The notes: a model not told the origin generated them from the letters alone. DNA of 64,000 nt from Nemertoderma westbladi (GCA_032718475.1 JAUCBJ010006329.1:168144-232143), one strand, 5' to 3'; shown: positions 13,101 through 28,400, counted from the stretch's first letter. Made by a program: numbers and translations.

Positions 13101-15816
13101 TTCTTTGGACTTTCATTTAAGATTCGCAACCTCATTGAGTGGGTTAGAAGTGATAAATATGAAGATCGATGTGGTTTTTGAAAAAAATCAAAGGATATTT
13201 TGGTAAATTATTGCTGAAAAACCCCAAGGATTTTGACATGGCTTTAATACTCATTATATTCATGAAATAGCTGAGATATTTGAGGTGAATTATTGCATTA
13301 CATATTAACGTTGGCTCCAGCCGCTTTGGCAATACGATGAAACTATAATAAAAATTCTAGACACAACAATATTAACAGGGAGATAGGCTACTTATCTCTT
13401 CATTCTGAGAGCCTCAAAAAGTGGGTGTTCCGACGCAATCAAAATTCATCCATCTCCTGGGGAAAGACGAAGCAAATAACAGCTGATTACTTCTATAAAG
13501 GAAAGTGTTACCTGTTCTTATGACTTTCGTTTAAGATTCTCTATCTCGTGGAGTGGATTAGAAGTGATAAATATGAAAATCGATGTGGTTTTTGAAAAAA
13601 ATCAGAGGATATTTTGATAAATTATTGCTGAAAAACCCCAAGGATTTTGACATGGCTTTAATACTCATTATATTCATGAAATAGCTGAGATATTTGAGGT
13701 GAATTATTGCATTACATATTAACTTTGGCTCCAGCCGCTTTGGCAATACGATGAAACTATAATAAAAATTCTAGACCACAACAATATTAACAGGGAGATA
13801 GGCTACTTATCTCTTCATTCTGAGAGCCTCAAAAAGGGGGTGTTCCGACGCAATCAAAATTCATCCATCTCCTGGGGAAAGACGAAGCAAATAACAGCTG
13901 ATTACTTCTATAAAGGAAAGTGTTACCTGTTCTTATGACTTTCGTTTAAGATTCTCTATCTCGTGGAGTGGATTAGAAGTGATAAATATGAAAATCGATG
14001 TGGTTTTTAAAAAAATCAGAGGATATTTTGACAAATTATTGCTGAAAAACCCCAAGGATTTTGACATGGCTTTAATACTCATTATATTCATGAAATAGCT
14101 GAGATATTTGAGGTGAATTATTGCATTACATATTAACTTTGGCTCCAGCCGCTTTGGCAATACGATGAAACTATAATAAAAATTCTAGACCACAACAATA
14201 TTAAAAGGGAGATAGGCTACTTATCTCTTCATTCTGAGAGCCTCAAAAAGGGGGTGTTCCGACGCAATCAAAATTCATCCATCTCCTGGGGAAAGACGAA
14301 GCAAATAACAGCTGATTACTTCTATAAAGGAAAGTGTTACCTGTTCTTATGACTTTCGTTTAAGATTCTCTATCTCGTGGAGTGGATTAGAAGTGATAAA
14401 TATGAAAATCGATGTGGTTTTTGAAAAAAATCAGAGGATATTTTGATAAATTATTGCTGAAAAACCCCAAGGATTTTGACATGGCTTTAATACTCATTAT
14501 ATTCATGAAATAGCTGAGATATTTGAGGTGAATTATTGCATTACATATTAACTTTGGCTCCAGCCGCTTTGGCAATACGATGAAACTATAATAAATATTC
14601 TAGAACACAACAATATTAACAGGGAGATAGGCTACTTATCTCTCCACTCTGAGAGCCTCAAAAAGGGGGTGTTCCGACGCAATCAAATTTCATCCATCTC
14701 CAGGGGAAAGACGAAGCAAAGAATAGCTGATTTCTTCTATAAATGAAAGTGTTACCTGCTCTTTTGACTTTCATTTAAGATTCGCTATCTCATGGAGTAG
14801 GTTAGAAGTTATAAATATAAAAATTGATGTGGTTTTTGAAAAAAATCAAAGGATATTTTGATAAATTATTGCTGAAAAACCCCAAGGATTTTGACAGGGC
14901 TTTAATACTTCATTATGTTCATGAAATAGCTGAGATACTTGAGGTGAATTGTTGCATTATATATTAACTTCAGCTCCAGTCTCTTTGGCAATACGATGAA
15001 ACTATAATAAATATTCTAGAACACAACAATATTAACAGGGAGATAGGCTACTTATCTCTTCACTCTGAGAGCCTCAAAGAGGGGGTGTTCCGACGCAATC
15101 AAAATTCATCCATATCCAGGGGAAAGACGAAGCAAATAACAGCTGATTACTTCTATAAATGTAAGTGTTACCAGTTCTTTTGACTTTCATTTAAGATTCT
15201 TTATTTTGTGGAGTGGGTTAGAAGTCATGAATAAGAAAACCGATTTCGTTTTTTGTAACAAATCTGAGGATATTTTGATAAATTATTGCTGAAAAACCCC
15301 AAGGATTTTGACATGGCTTTAATACTTCATTATGTTCATGAAAAAACTGATATATTTGAGGTGAATTAATGCATTACATAATAACTTTAACTCCAGCCAC
15401 TTTAGCAATACGATGAAACTATAATAAATATTCTAGAACACAACAATATTAACATGGAGATAGGCTATTTATCTCTCCACTCAGACAGCCACAGATAGGG
15501 AGGGGTGTTTTGACACAATCAAAATTCAAACATCTCCAGGGGAAGACGAAGCAATTAATAGCTGATAACTTCTATAAATGTAAGTGTTACCTGTTCTTTA
15601 GACTTTCGTTTAAGATTGTCGATCTCTTGGATTGGGTTAGAAGTCATGAATATGATAATCGATGTCGTTTTTAGTAAAAAATCAGAGGAGATTTTAATAA
15701 ATTATTGCTGAAAAACACCAAGGATTTTGACAAGGATTTAATACTCATTATATTCATGAAATAGCAGAGATATTTGAGGTGAATTATTGCATTACATATT
15801 AACTTTGGCTCCAGCC
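4163..15816. repeat. ~415-bp tandem satellite, segment 1
   Basis: Landmarks such as GGCAATACGATGAAACTATAAT, TTCTAGAACACAACAATATTAAC and GGATTTTGACATGGCTTTAATAC recur every 414-419 bp (e.g. ORF-track repeats 4837/5251, 6914/7329). Confidence 0.98.
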
Positions 15817-15817
15817 A

Positions 15818-16132
15818 AAATATAATAATAATATAAAGCAGCTTCGGCTCAACCATGTACATAAAGTTTTCAATGATAACTGCCCTAAATACTTAAATCA
15901 AAAATTTACCAAACTGAGTGATACACATTCATACGGCACCAGAGCCAGCACATCAAATTTTTATGTTCCCAATTGTATATCCTTTGAAAGCGAAACATTT
16001 TTCTTTAATGGAATAAAGAATTGGAATTCCTTACCGAATAACATTAAAAATATTAAAAATGAACATGCCTTTAAGTCTGCAGTAAAATCCCATCTCCAAG
16101 ACCAGTGCAAATTCTTATATAGCAGTATTTAG
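15818..16132 (+). pseudogene. C-terminal ~100 aa of LINE ORF2 (no start codon; not in ORF track)
   Basis: Manual translation: IKQLRLNHVHKVFNDNCPKYLNQKFTKLSDTHSYGTRASTSNFYVPNCISFESETFFFNGIKNWNSLPNNIKNIKNEHAFKSAVKSHLQDQCKFLYSSI*. H.Y.TR / F.VP / WNSLP / FK..VK..L is the CR1/Crack/L2 ORF2 tail signature. Confidence 0.85.
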
Positions 16133-16276
16133 TTTAGTTCAATATTAAATAGGTGCATGTGCAATAATTAGTAATAATGTTCAATTTTGTATTTCTTGTA
16201 TCTTATTTAGTTTAAATTATATAATTATTCTATATACAGTAGTTAGTTTAGTTTGTATTGGTAACCAAGTAACTTG

Positions 16277-16322
16277 AAGGACCCCCTTGGAAATAAGCTG
16301 CAAAGCTTTAGGGGTTATCCTT
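16277..16322 (+). other. 3'UTR stem-loop of the truncated LINE
   Basis: AAGGA..TCCTT and CCCC..GGGG outer pairing, with an inner AAGCT-GCAA-AGCTT hairpin at 16295-16308. CR1-group LINEs use 3'UTR stem-loops for RT recognition. Confidence 0.6.
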
Positions 16323-16420
16323 TATGTTATGTTGGACAATACTTACTATACATTAATAATTTTACTGAGTTAATGTATTGGTTTCTATTGTTTGCATAAT
16401 ATATAAATAAATCTATCTAT

Positions 16421-19400
16421 AGCCGCTTTGGCAATACGATGAAACTATAATAAATATTCTAGAACACAACAATATTAACAGGGAGATAGGCTACTCATCT
16501 CTTCACTCTGACAGCCTCAAAAAGGGGGTGTTCCGACGCAATCAAAATTAATCCATCTCCAGGGGAAAGACGAAGCAAAGAATAGCTGATTACTTCTATA
16601 AATGTAAGTGTTACCTGTTCTTTAGACTTTCGTTTAAGATTGTCGATCTCTTGGATTGGGTTAGAAGTCATGAATATGATAATCGATGTCGTTTTTAGTA
16701 AAAAATCAGAGGAGATTTTTATAAATTATTGCTGAAAAACACCAAGGATTTTGACAAGGATTTAATACTCATTATATTCATGAAATAGCAGAGATATTTG
16801 AGGTGAATTATTGCATTACATATTAACTTTGGCTCCAGCCGCTTTGGCAATACGATGAAACTATAATAAATATTCTAGAACACAACAATATTAACAGGGA
16901 GATAGGCTACTCATCTCTTCACTCTGACAGCCTCAAAAAGAGGGTGTTCCGACGCAATCAAAATTAATCCATCTCCAGGGGAAAGACGAAGCAAAGAACA
17001 GCTGATTACTTCTATAAATGTAAGTTTTACCTGTTCTTTTGACTTTCATTTAAGATTCGCTATCTCATTGAGTGGGTTAGAAGTTATAAATATAAAAATC
17101 GATGTGGTTTTTGAAAAAAATCGAAGGATATTTTGATTAATTATTGCTGAAAAACACCAAGGATTTTGACATGGCTTTAATACTTCATTATGTTCATGAA
17201 ATAGCTGAGATATTTGAGGTGAATTATTGTATTACATATTAACTTTGGCTCCAGCCGCTTTGGCAATACGATGAAACTATAATAAATATTCTAGAACACA
17301 ACAATATTAACAGGGAGATAGGCTACTTATCTCTTCACTCTGAGAGCCTCAAAGAGGGGGTGTTCCGACGCAATCAAAATTCATCCATATCCAGGGGAAA
17401 GACGAAGCAAATAACAGCTGATTACTTCTATAAATGTAAGTGTTACCAGTTCTTTTGACTTTATTTAAGATTCTTTATTTTGTGGAGTGGGTTAGAAGTC
17501 ATGAATAAGAAAACCGATTTCGTTTTTTGTAAAAAATCTGAGGATATTTTGATAAATTATTGCTGAAAAACCCCAAGGATTTTGACATGGCTTTACTTCA
17601 TTATGTTCATGAAATAGCTGAGATACTTGAGGTGAATTGTTGCATTATATATTAACTTCAGCTCCAGTCTCTTTGGCAATACGATGAAACTATAATAAAT
17701 ATTCTAGAACACAACAATATTAACAGGGAGATAGGATACTTATCTCACCACTCAGACAGCCACAGATAGGGAGGGGTGTTTTGACACAATCAAATTCAAC
17801 CATCTCCAGGGGAAAGACGAAGCAAATAACAGCTGATTACTTCTATAAATGTAAGTGTTACCTGTTTTTTGATTTTCATTTAAGATTCTCTATCTCGTGG
17901 AGTGGGATAGAAGTCATGAATATGAAAATCGATGTCGTTTTTTGTAAAAAATCAGAGGAGATTTTGATAAATTATTGCAGAAAAACACCAAGGATTTTGA
18001 CATGGCTTTAATACTTCATTATGTTCATGAAATAGCTGAGAAATTTGAGGTGAATTATTGCATTATATATTAACTTCAGCTCCAGTCTCTTTGGCAATAC
18101 GATGAAACTATAATAAATATTCTAGAACATAACAATATTAACAGGGAGATAGGCTACTTATCTCTTCACTCTGAGAGCCTCAAAAAGGGGGTGTTCCGAC
18201 GCAATCAAAATTCATCCATCTCCAGGGGAAAGACGAAGCCAATAACAGCTGATTACTTCTATAAATGTAAGTGCTACCTGTTCTTTTGACTTTCATTTAA
18301 GATTCGTTATCTTTTGGAGTGGGTTAGAAGTCATGAATATGAAGAACGATGTCGTTTTTTGTAAAAAATCTGAGGATATTTTGATAAATTATTGCTGAAA
18401 AACCCCAAGGATTTTGACATGGCTTTAATACTTCATTATGTTCATGAAATAGCTGAGAAATTGTTGGTGAGTTTTTGTATTACATATTAACTTCGGCTCC
18501 AGCCGCTTTGGCAATACGATGAAACTATAATAAATATTCTAGAACACAACAATATTAACAGGGATATAGGCTACTTATCTCTTCACTCTGAGAGCCTCAA
18601 AAATGGGGTGTTCCGACGCAATCAAATTTAATACATCTCCAGGGGAAAGACGAAGCAAAGAACAGCTGATTACTTCTATAAATGTAAGTGTTACCTGTTC
18701 TTTTGACTTTCATTTAAGATTCTTTATCTTGTGGAGTGGGTTAGAAGTCATGAATAAGAAAATCGATTTAGTTTTTTGTAAAAAATCTGAGGATATTTTG
18801 ATAAATTATTGCTGAAAACCCCCAAGGATTTTGACATTGCTTTAATACTCATAATATTCATGAAATAGCTGAGAAATTTGAGGTGAATTATTGTATCACA
18901 TATTAATTTCGGCTCCAGCCGCTTTGGCAATACGATGAAACTATAATAAATAATTCTACAACAGAACAATATTAACAGGGAAATAGGCTACTCATCTCTT
19001 CACTCTGACAGCCTCAAAAAGGGGGTGTTCCGACGCAATCAAAATTCATCCATCTCCAGGGGAATGACGAAGCAAAGAACAGCTGATTACTTCTATAAAT
19101 GTAAGTGTTACCTGTTCTTTTGACTTTCATTTAAGATTCGCTATCTCGTGGAGTGGATTAGAAGTTATAAATATGAAAATCGATGTGGTTTTTGAAAAAA
19201 TCAGAGGATATTTTGATAAATTATTGCTGAAAAACCCCAAGGATTTTGACATGGCTTTAATACTTCATTATATTCATGAAATAGCTGAGATATTTGAGGT
19301 GAATTATTGTATCACATATTAACTTCGGCTCCAGGCGCTTTGGCAATACGATGAAACTATAATATATATTCTAGAACACAACAATACTAACAGGGAGATA

Positions 19401-22400
19401 GGCTACTTATCTCTTCACTATGAGAGCCTCAAAAAGGGGTTGTTCCGACGCAATCAAAATTCATCCATCTCCAGGGGAAAGACGAAGCAAATAATAGCTG
19501 ATTACTTCTATAAATGTAAGTGTTACCTGTTCTTTTGACTTTCATTTAAGATTCTTTACCTTGTGGAGTGGGTTAGAAGTCATGAATAAGAAAATCGATT
19601 TCGTTTTTTGTAAAAAATCTGAGGATATTTTGATAAATTATTGCTGAAAAACCCAAAGGATTTTGACATGGCTTTAATACTCATTATATTCATGAAATAG
19701 CTGAGATATTTGAGGTGAATTATTGCGTTACATATTAACTTTGGCTCCAGCCGCTTTGGCAATACGATGAAACTATAATAAAAATTCTAGATCACAACAA
19801 TATTAACAGGGAGATAGGCTACTTATCTCTTCACTCTGAGAGCCTCAAAAACGGGGTGTTCCTACGCAATCAAATTTCATCCATCTCCAGGGGAAAGACG
19901 AAGCCAATAACAGCTGATTACTTCTATAAATGTAAGTGCTACCTGTTCTTTTGACTTTCATTTAAGATTCTTTATCTTTTGGAGTGGGTTAGAAGTCATG
20001 AATATGAAGAACGATGTCGTTTTTTGTAAAAAATCTGAGGATAATTTGATAAATTATTGCTGAAAAACCCCAAGGATTTTGACATGGCTTTAATACTTCA
20101 TTATGTTCATGAAATAGCTGAGAAATTTGAGGTGAGTTTTTGTATTACATATTAACTTCGGCTCCAGCCGCTTTGGCAATACGATGAAACTATAATAAAT
20201 ATTCTAGAACACAACAATATTAACAGGGAGATAGGCTACTTATCTCTTCACTCTGAGAGCCTCAAAAACGGGGTGTTCCGACGCAATCAAATTTAATACA
20301 TCTCCAGGGGAAAGACGAAGCAAAGAACAGCTGATTACTTCTATAAATGTAAGTGTTACCTGTTCTTTTGACTTTCATTTAAGATTCGCAACCTCATTGA
20401 GTGGGTTAGAAGTGATAAATATGAAGATCGATGTGGTTTTTGAAAAAAATCAAAGGATATTTTGGTAAATTATTGCTGAAAAACCCCAAGGATTTTGACA
20501 TGGCTTTAATACTCATTATATTCATGAAATAGCTGAGATATTTGAGGTGAATTATTGCATTACATATTAACTTTGGCTCCAGCCGCTTTGGCAATACGAT
20601 GAAACTATAATAAAAATTCTAGACACAACAATATTAACAGGGAGATAGGCTACTTATCTCTTCACTCTGAGAGCCTCAAAAATGGGGTGTTCCGACGCAA
20701 TCAAATTTAATACATCTCCAGGGGAAAGACGAAGCAAAGAACAGCTGATTACTTCTATAAATGTAAGTGTTACCTGTTCTTTTGACTTTCATTTAAGATT
20801 CTTTATCTTGTGGAGTGGGTTAGAAGTCATGAATAAGAAAATCGATTTAGTTTTTTGTAAAAAATCTGAGGATATTTTGATAAATTATTGCTGAAAACCC
20901 CCAAGGATTTTGACATGGCTTTAATACTCATAATATTCATGAAATAGCTGAGAAATTTGAGGTGAATTATTGTATCACATATTAATTTCGGCTCCAGCCG
21001 CTTTGGCAATACGATGAAACTATAATAAATAATTCTACAACAGAACAATATTAACAGGGAAATAGGCTACTCATCTCTTCACTCTGACAGCCTCAAAAAG
21101 GGGGTGTTCCGACGCAATCAAAATTCGGGGAATGACGAAGCAAAGAACAGCTGATTACTTCTATAAATGTAAGTGTTACCTGTTCTTTTGACTTTCATTT
21201 AAGATTCGCTATCTCGTGGAGAGGATTAGAAGTTATAAATATGAAAATCGATGTGGTTTTTGAAAAAAATCAGAGGATATTTTGATAAATTATTGCTGAA
21301 AAACCCCAAGGATTTTGACATGGCTTTAATACTTCATTATATTCATGAAATAGCTGAGATATTTGAGGTGAATTATTGTATCACATATTAACTTCGGCTC
21401 CAGGCGCTTTGGCAATACGATGAAACTATAATATATATTCTAGAACACAACAATACTAACAGGGAGATAGGCTACTTATCTCTTCACTATGAGAGCCTCA
21501 AAAAGGGGTGTTCCGACGCAATCAAAATTCATCCATCTCCAGGGGAAAGACGAAGCAAATAATAGCTGATTACTTCTATAAATGTAAGTGTTACCTGTTC
21601 TTTTGACTTTCATTTAAGATTCTTTACCTTGTGGAGTGGGTTAGAAGTCATGAATAAGAAAATCGATTTCGTTTTTTGTAAAAAATCTGAGGATATTTTG
21701 ATAAATAATTGCTGAAAAACCCAAAGGATTTTGACATGGCTTTAATACTCATTATATTCATGAAATAGCTGAGATATTTGAGGTGAATTATTGCGTTACA
21801 TATTAACTTTGGCTCCAGCCGCTTTGGCAATACGATGAAACTATAATAAAAATTCTAGATCACAACAATATTAACAGGGAGATAGGCTACTTATCTCTTC
21901 ACTCTGAGAGCCTCAAAAGCGGGGTGTTCCTACGCAATCAAATTTCATCCATCTCCAGGGGAAAGACGAAGCCAATAACAGCTGATTACTTCTATAAATG
22001 TAAGTGCTACCTGTTCTTTTGACTTTCATTTAAGATTCTTTATCTTTTGGAGTGGGTTAGAAGTCATGAATATGAAGAACGATGTCGTTTTTTGTAAAAA
22101 ATCTGAGGATAATTTGATAAATTATTGCTGAAAAACCCCAAGGATTTTGACATGGCTTTAATACTTCATTATGTTCATGAAATAGCTGAGAAATTTGAGG
22201 TGAGTTTTTGTATTACATATTAACTTCGGCTCCAGCCGCTTTGGCAATACGATGAAACTATAATAAATATTCTAGAACACAACAATATTAACAGGGAGAT
22301 AGGCTACTTATCTCTTCACTCTGAGAGCCTCAAAAACGGGGTGTTCCGACGCAATCAAATTTAATACATCTCCAGGGGAAAGACGAAGCAAAGAACAGCT

Positions 22401-25400
22401 GATGATTACTTCTATAAATGTAAGTGTTACCTGTTCTTTGGACTTTCATTTAAGATTCGCAACCTCATTGAGTGGGTTAGAAGTGATAAATATGAAGATC
22501 GATGTGGTTTTTGAAAAAAATCAAAGGATATTTTGGTAAATTATTGCTGAAAAACCCCAAGGATTTTGACATGGCTTTAATACTCATTATATTCATGAAA
22601 TAGCTGAGATATTTGAGGTGAATTATTGCATTACATATTAACGTTGGCTCCAGCCGCTTTGGCAATACGATGAAACTATAATAAAAATTCTAGACACAAC
22701 AATATTAACAGGGAGATAGGCTACTTATCTCTTCATTCTGAGAGCCTCAAAAAGTGGGTGTTCCGACGCAATCCAAATTCATCCATCTCCTGGGGAAAGA
22801 CGAAGCAAATAACAGCTGATTACTTCTATAAAGGAAAGTGTTACCTGTTCTTATGACTTTCGTTTAAGATTCTCTATCTCGTGGAGTGGATTAGAAGTGA
22901 TAAATATGAAAATCGATGTGGTTTTTGAAAAAAATCAGAGGATATTTTGATAAATTATTGCTGAAAAACCCCAAGGATTTTGACATGGCTTTAATACTCA
23001 TTATATTCATGAAATAGCTGAGATATTTGAGGTGAATTATTGCATTACATATTAACTTTGGCTCCAGCCGCTTTGGCAATACGATGAAACTATAATAAAA
23101 ATTCTAGACCACAACAATATTAACAGGGAGATAGGCTACTTATCTCTTCATTCTGAGAGCCTCAAAAAGGGGGTGTTCCGACGCAATCAAAATTCATCCA
23201 TCTCCTGGGGAAAGACGAAGCAAATAACAGCTGATTACTTCTATAAAGGAAAGTGTTACCTGTTCTTATGACTTTCGTTTAAGATTCTCTATCTCGTGGA
23301 GTGGATTAGAAGTGATAAATATGAAAATCGATGTGGTTTTTAAAAAAATCAGAGGATATTTTGACAAATTATTGCTGAAAAACCCCAAGGATTTTGACAT
23401 TACTTTAATACTCATTATATTCATGAAATAGCTGAGATATTTGAGGTGAATTATTGCATTACATATTAACTTTGGCTCCAGCCGCTTTGGCAATACGATG
23501 AAACTATAATAAAAATTCTAGACCACAACAATATTAACAGGGAGATAGGCTACTTATCTCTTCATTCTGAGAGCCTCAAAAAGGGGGTGTTCCGACGCAA
23601 TCAAAATTCATCCATCTCCTGGGGAAAGACGAAGCAAATAACAGCTGATTACTTCTATAAAGGAAAGTGTTACCTGTTCTTATGACTTTCGTTTAAGATT
23701 CTCTATCTCGTGGAGTGGATTAGAAGTGATAAATATGAAAATCGATGTGGTTTTTGAAAAAAATCAGAGGATATTTTGATAAATTATTGCTGAAAAACCC
23801 CAAGGATTTTGACATGGCTTTAATACTCATTATATTCATGAAATAGCTGAGATATTTGAGGAGAATTATTGCATTACATATTAACTTTGGCTCCAGCCGC
23901 TTTGGCAATACGATGAAACTATAATAAATATTCTAGAACACAACAATATTAACAGGGAGATAGGCTACTTATCTCTCCACTCTGAGAGCCTCAAAAAGGG
24001 GGTGTTCCGACGCAATCAAATTTCATCCATCTCCAGGGGAAAGACGAAGCAAAGAATAGCTGATTTCTTCTATAAATGAAAGTGTTACCTGCTCTTTTGA
24101 CTTTCATTTAAGATTCGCTATCTCATGGAGTAGGTTAGAAGTTATAAATATAAAAATTGATGTGGTTTTTGAAAAAAATCAAAGGATATTTTGATAAATT
24201 ATTGCTGAAAAACCCCAAGGATTTTGACAGGGCTTTAATACTTCATTATATTCATGAAATAGCAGAGATATTTGAGGTGAATTATTGCATTACATATTAA
24301 CTTTGGCTCCAGCCGCTTTGGCAATACGATGAAACTATAATAAATATTCTAGAACACAACAATATTAACAGGGAGATAGGCTACTCATCTCTTCACTCTG
24401 ACAGCCTCAAAAAGGGGGTGTTCCGACGCAATCAAAATTCATCCATATCCAGGGGAAAGACGAAGCAAAGAATAGCTGATTACTTCTATAAATGTAAGTG
24501 TTACCTGTTCTTTAGACTTTCGTTTAAGATTGTCGATCTCTTGGATTGGGTTAGAAGTCATGAATATGATAATCGATGTCGTTTTTAGTAAAAAATCAGA
24601 GGAGATTTTTATAAATTATTGCTGAAAAACACCAAGGATTTTGACAAGGATTTAATACTCATTATATTCATGAAATAGCAGAGATATTTGAGGTGAATTA
24701 TTGCATTACATATTAACTTTGGCTCCAGCCGCTTTGGCAAAACGATGAAACTATAATAAATATTCTAGAACACAACAATATTAACAGGGAGATAGGCTAC
24801 TCATCTCTTCACTCTGACAGCCTCAAAAAGAGGGTGTTCCGACGCAATCAAAATTAATCCATCTCCAGGGGAGAGACGAAGCAAAGAACAGCTGATTACT
24901 TCTATAAATGTAAGTGTTACCTGTTCTTTTGACTTTCATTTAAGATTCGCTATCTCATTGAGTGGGTTAGAAGTTATAAATATAAAAATCGATGTGGTTT
25001 TTGAAAAAAATCAAAGGATATTTTGATTAATTATTGCTGAAAAACACCAAGGATTTTGACATGGCTTTAATACTTCATTATGTTCATGAAATAGCTGAGA
25101 TATTTGAGGTGAATTATTGTATTACATGTTAACTTTGGCTCCAGCCGCTTTGGCAATACGATGAAACTTTAATAATATTCTAAAACACAACAATATTAAC
25201 ATGGAGATAGGCTATTTATCTCTCCACTCAGACAGCCACAGATAGGGAGGGGTGTTTTGACACAATCAAAATTCAACCATCTCCAGGGGAAAGATGAAGC
25301 AAATAACAGCTGATTACTTCTATAAAGGAAAGTGTTACCTGTTCTTATGACTTTCGTTTAAGATTCTCTATCTCATGGAGTGGATTAGAAGTGATAAATA

Positions 25401-28400
25401 TGAAAATCGATGTGGTTTTTGAAAAAAATCAGAGGATATTTTGATAAATTATTGCTGAAAAACCCCAAGGATTTTGACATGGCTTTAATACTCATTATAT
25501 TCATGAAATAGCTGAGATATTTGAGGTTAATTATTGCGTTACATATTAACTTTGGCTCCAGCCGCTTTGGCAATACGATGAAACTATAATAAAAATTCTA
25601 GACCACAACAATATTAACAGGGAGATAGGCTACTTATCTCTTCATTCTGAGAGCCTCAAAAAGGGGGTGTTCCGACGCAATCAAAATTCATCCATCTCCT
25701 GGGGCAAGACGAAGCAAATAACAGCTGATTACTTCTATAAAGGAAAGTGTTACCTGTTCTTATGACTTTCGATTAAGATTCTCTATCTCGTGGAGTGGAT
25801 TAGAAGTGATAAATATGAAAATCGATGTGGTTTTTGAAAAAAATCAGAGGATATTTTGATAAATTATTGCTGAAAAACCCCAAGGATTTTGACATGGCTT
25901 TAATACTCATTATATTCATGAAATAGCTGAGATATTTGAGGTGAATTATTGCATTACATATTAACTTCGGCTCCAGCCGCTTTGGCAATACGATGAAACT
26001 ATAATAAATATTCTAGAACACAACAATATTAACAGGGAGATAGGCTACTTATCTCTTCACTCTGAGAGCCTCAAAAACGGGGTGTTCCGACGCAATCAAA
26101 TTTCATACATCTCCAGGGGAAAGACGAAGCAAAGAACAGCTGATTACTTCTATAAATGTAAGTGTTACTTGTTCTTTTGACTTTCATTTAAGATTCGCAA
26201 CCTCATGGAGTGGGTTAGAAGTTATAAATATGAAGATCGATGTGGTTCTTGAAAAAAATCAAAGGATATTTTGATTAATTATCGCTGAAAAACACCAAGG
26301 ATTTTGACATGGCATTAATACTTCATCATGTTCATGAAATAGCTGAGAAATTTGAGGTGAATTGTTGCATTATATATTAACTTCAGCTCCAGTCTCTTTG
26401 GCAATACGATGAAACTATAATAAATATTCTAGAACACAACAATATTAACAGGGAGATAGGATACTTATCTCTTCACGCTGAGAGCCTCAAAAAGGGGGTG
26501 TTCCGACGCAATCAAATTTCATACATATCCAGGGGAAAGACGAAGCAAAGAACAGCTGATTACTTCTATAAATGTAAGTGTTACCTGTTCTTTTGACATT
26601 CATTTAAGATTCACTATCACATGGAGTGGGTTAGAAGTTATAAATATAAAAATCAATGTGGTTTTTGAAAAAAATCAAAGGATATTTTGATTAATTATTG
26701 CTGAAAAACCCCAAGGATTTTGACATGGCTTTAATACTTCATTATGTTCACGAAATAGCTGAGAAATTTGAGGTGAATTGTTGAATTATATATTAACTTC
26801 AGCTCCAGTCTCTTTGGCAATACGATGAAACTATAATAAATATTCTAGAACACAACAATATTAACAGGGAGATAGGATACTTTTCTCTTCACTCTGAGAG
26901 CCTCAAAAAGGGGGTGTTCCGACGCAATCAAAATTCATCAATCTCCAGGGGAAAGACGAAGCAAATAACAGCTGATTACTTCTATAAATGTAAGTGTTAC
27001 CTGCTCCTTTGACTTTCATTTAAGATTCTTTATCTTTTGGAGTAGGTTAGAAGTCATGAATATGAAGAACGATGTCGTTTTTTGTAAAAAATCTGAGGAT
27101 ATTTTGATAAATTATTGCTGAAAAACCCCAAGGATTTTGACATGGCTTTAATACTTCATTATGTTCATGAAATAGCTGAGATACTTGAGGTGAATTGTTG
27201 CATTATATATTAACTTCAGCTCCAGTCTCTTTGGCAATACGATGAAACTATAATAAATATTCTAGAACACAACAATATTAACATGGAGATAGGATACTTA
27301 TCTCACCACTCAGACAGCCACAGATAGGGAGGGGTGTTTTGACACAGACAAATTCAACCATCTCCAGGGGAAAGACGAAGCAAATAACAGCTGATTACTT
27401 CTATAAATGTAAGTGTTACCTGTTTTTTGATTTTCATTTAAGATTCTCTATCTCGTGGAGTGGGATAGAAGTCATGAATATGAAAATCGATGTCGTTTTT
27501 TGTAAAAAATCAGAGGAGATTTTGATAAATTATTGCAGAAAAACACCAAGGATTTTGACATGGCTTTAATACTTCATTATGTTCATGAAATAGCTGAGAA
27601 ATTTGAGGTGAGTTGTTGTATTACATATTAACTTCGGCTCCAGGCGCTTTGGCAATACGATGGAACTATAATAAATATTCTAGAACACAACAATATTAAC
27701 AGGGAGATAGGCTACTTATCTCTTCACTCTGAGAGCCTCAAAAACGGGGTGTTCCGACGCAATCAAATTTCATCCATCTCCAGGGGAAAGACGAAGCAAA
27801 GAACAGCTGATTACTTCTATAAATGTAAGTGTTACCTGCTCCTTTGACTTTCATTTAATATTCTTTATCTTTTGGAGTGGGTTAGAAGTCATGAATATGA
27901 AGAACGATGTCGTTTTTTGTAAAAAATCTGAGGATATTTTGATAAATTATTGCTGAAAAACCCCAAGGATTTTGACATGGCTTTAATACTTCAGTATGTT
28001 CATGAAATAGCTGAGATACTTGAGGTGAATTATTGCATTATATATTAACTTCAGCTCTAGTCTCTTTGGCAATACGATGAAACTATAATAAATTTTCTAG
28101 AACACAACAATATTAACAGGGAGATAGGCTACTTATCTCTTCACTTTGAGAGCCTCAAAAAGGGGGTGTTCCGACGCAATCAAAATTCATCCATCTCCAG
28201 GTGAAAGACGAAGCCAATAACAGCTGATTACTTCTATAAATGTAAGTGCTACCTGTTCTTTTGACTTTCATTTAAGATTCTTTATCTTTTGGAGTGGGTT
28301 AGAAGTCATGAATATGAAGAACGATGTCGTTTTTTGTAAAAAATCTGAGGATATTTTGATAAATTATTGCTGAAAAACCCCAAGGATTTTGACATGGCTT

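Larger units (their letters stand above)
15817..16420 (+). mobile_element. 5'-truncated CR1-group (Crack-like) LINE, 604 bp, 4-bp TSD AGCC
   Basis: Interrupts GGCTCCAGCC^GCTTTGG, with AGCC at 15813-15816 and 16421-16424. Contains an ORF2 C-terminus, a 3'UTR stem-loop and an AATAA(ATCT)n tail. An uninterrupted paralogous monomer lies near 45150. Confidence 0.9.
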
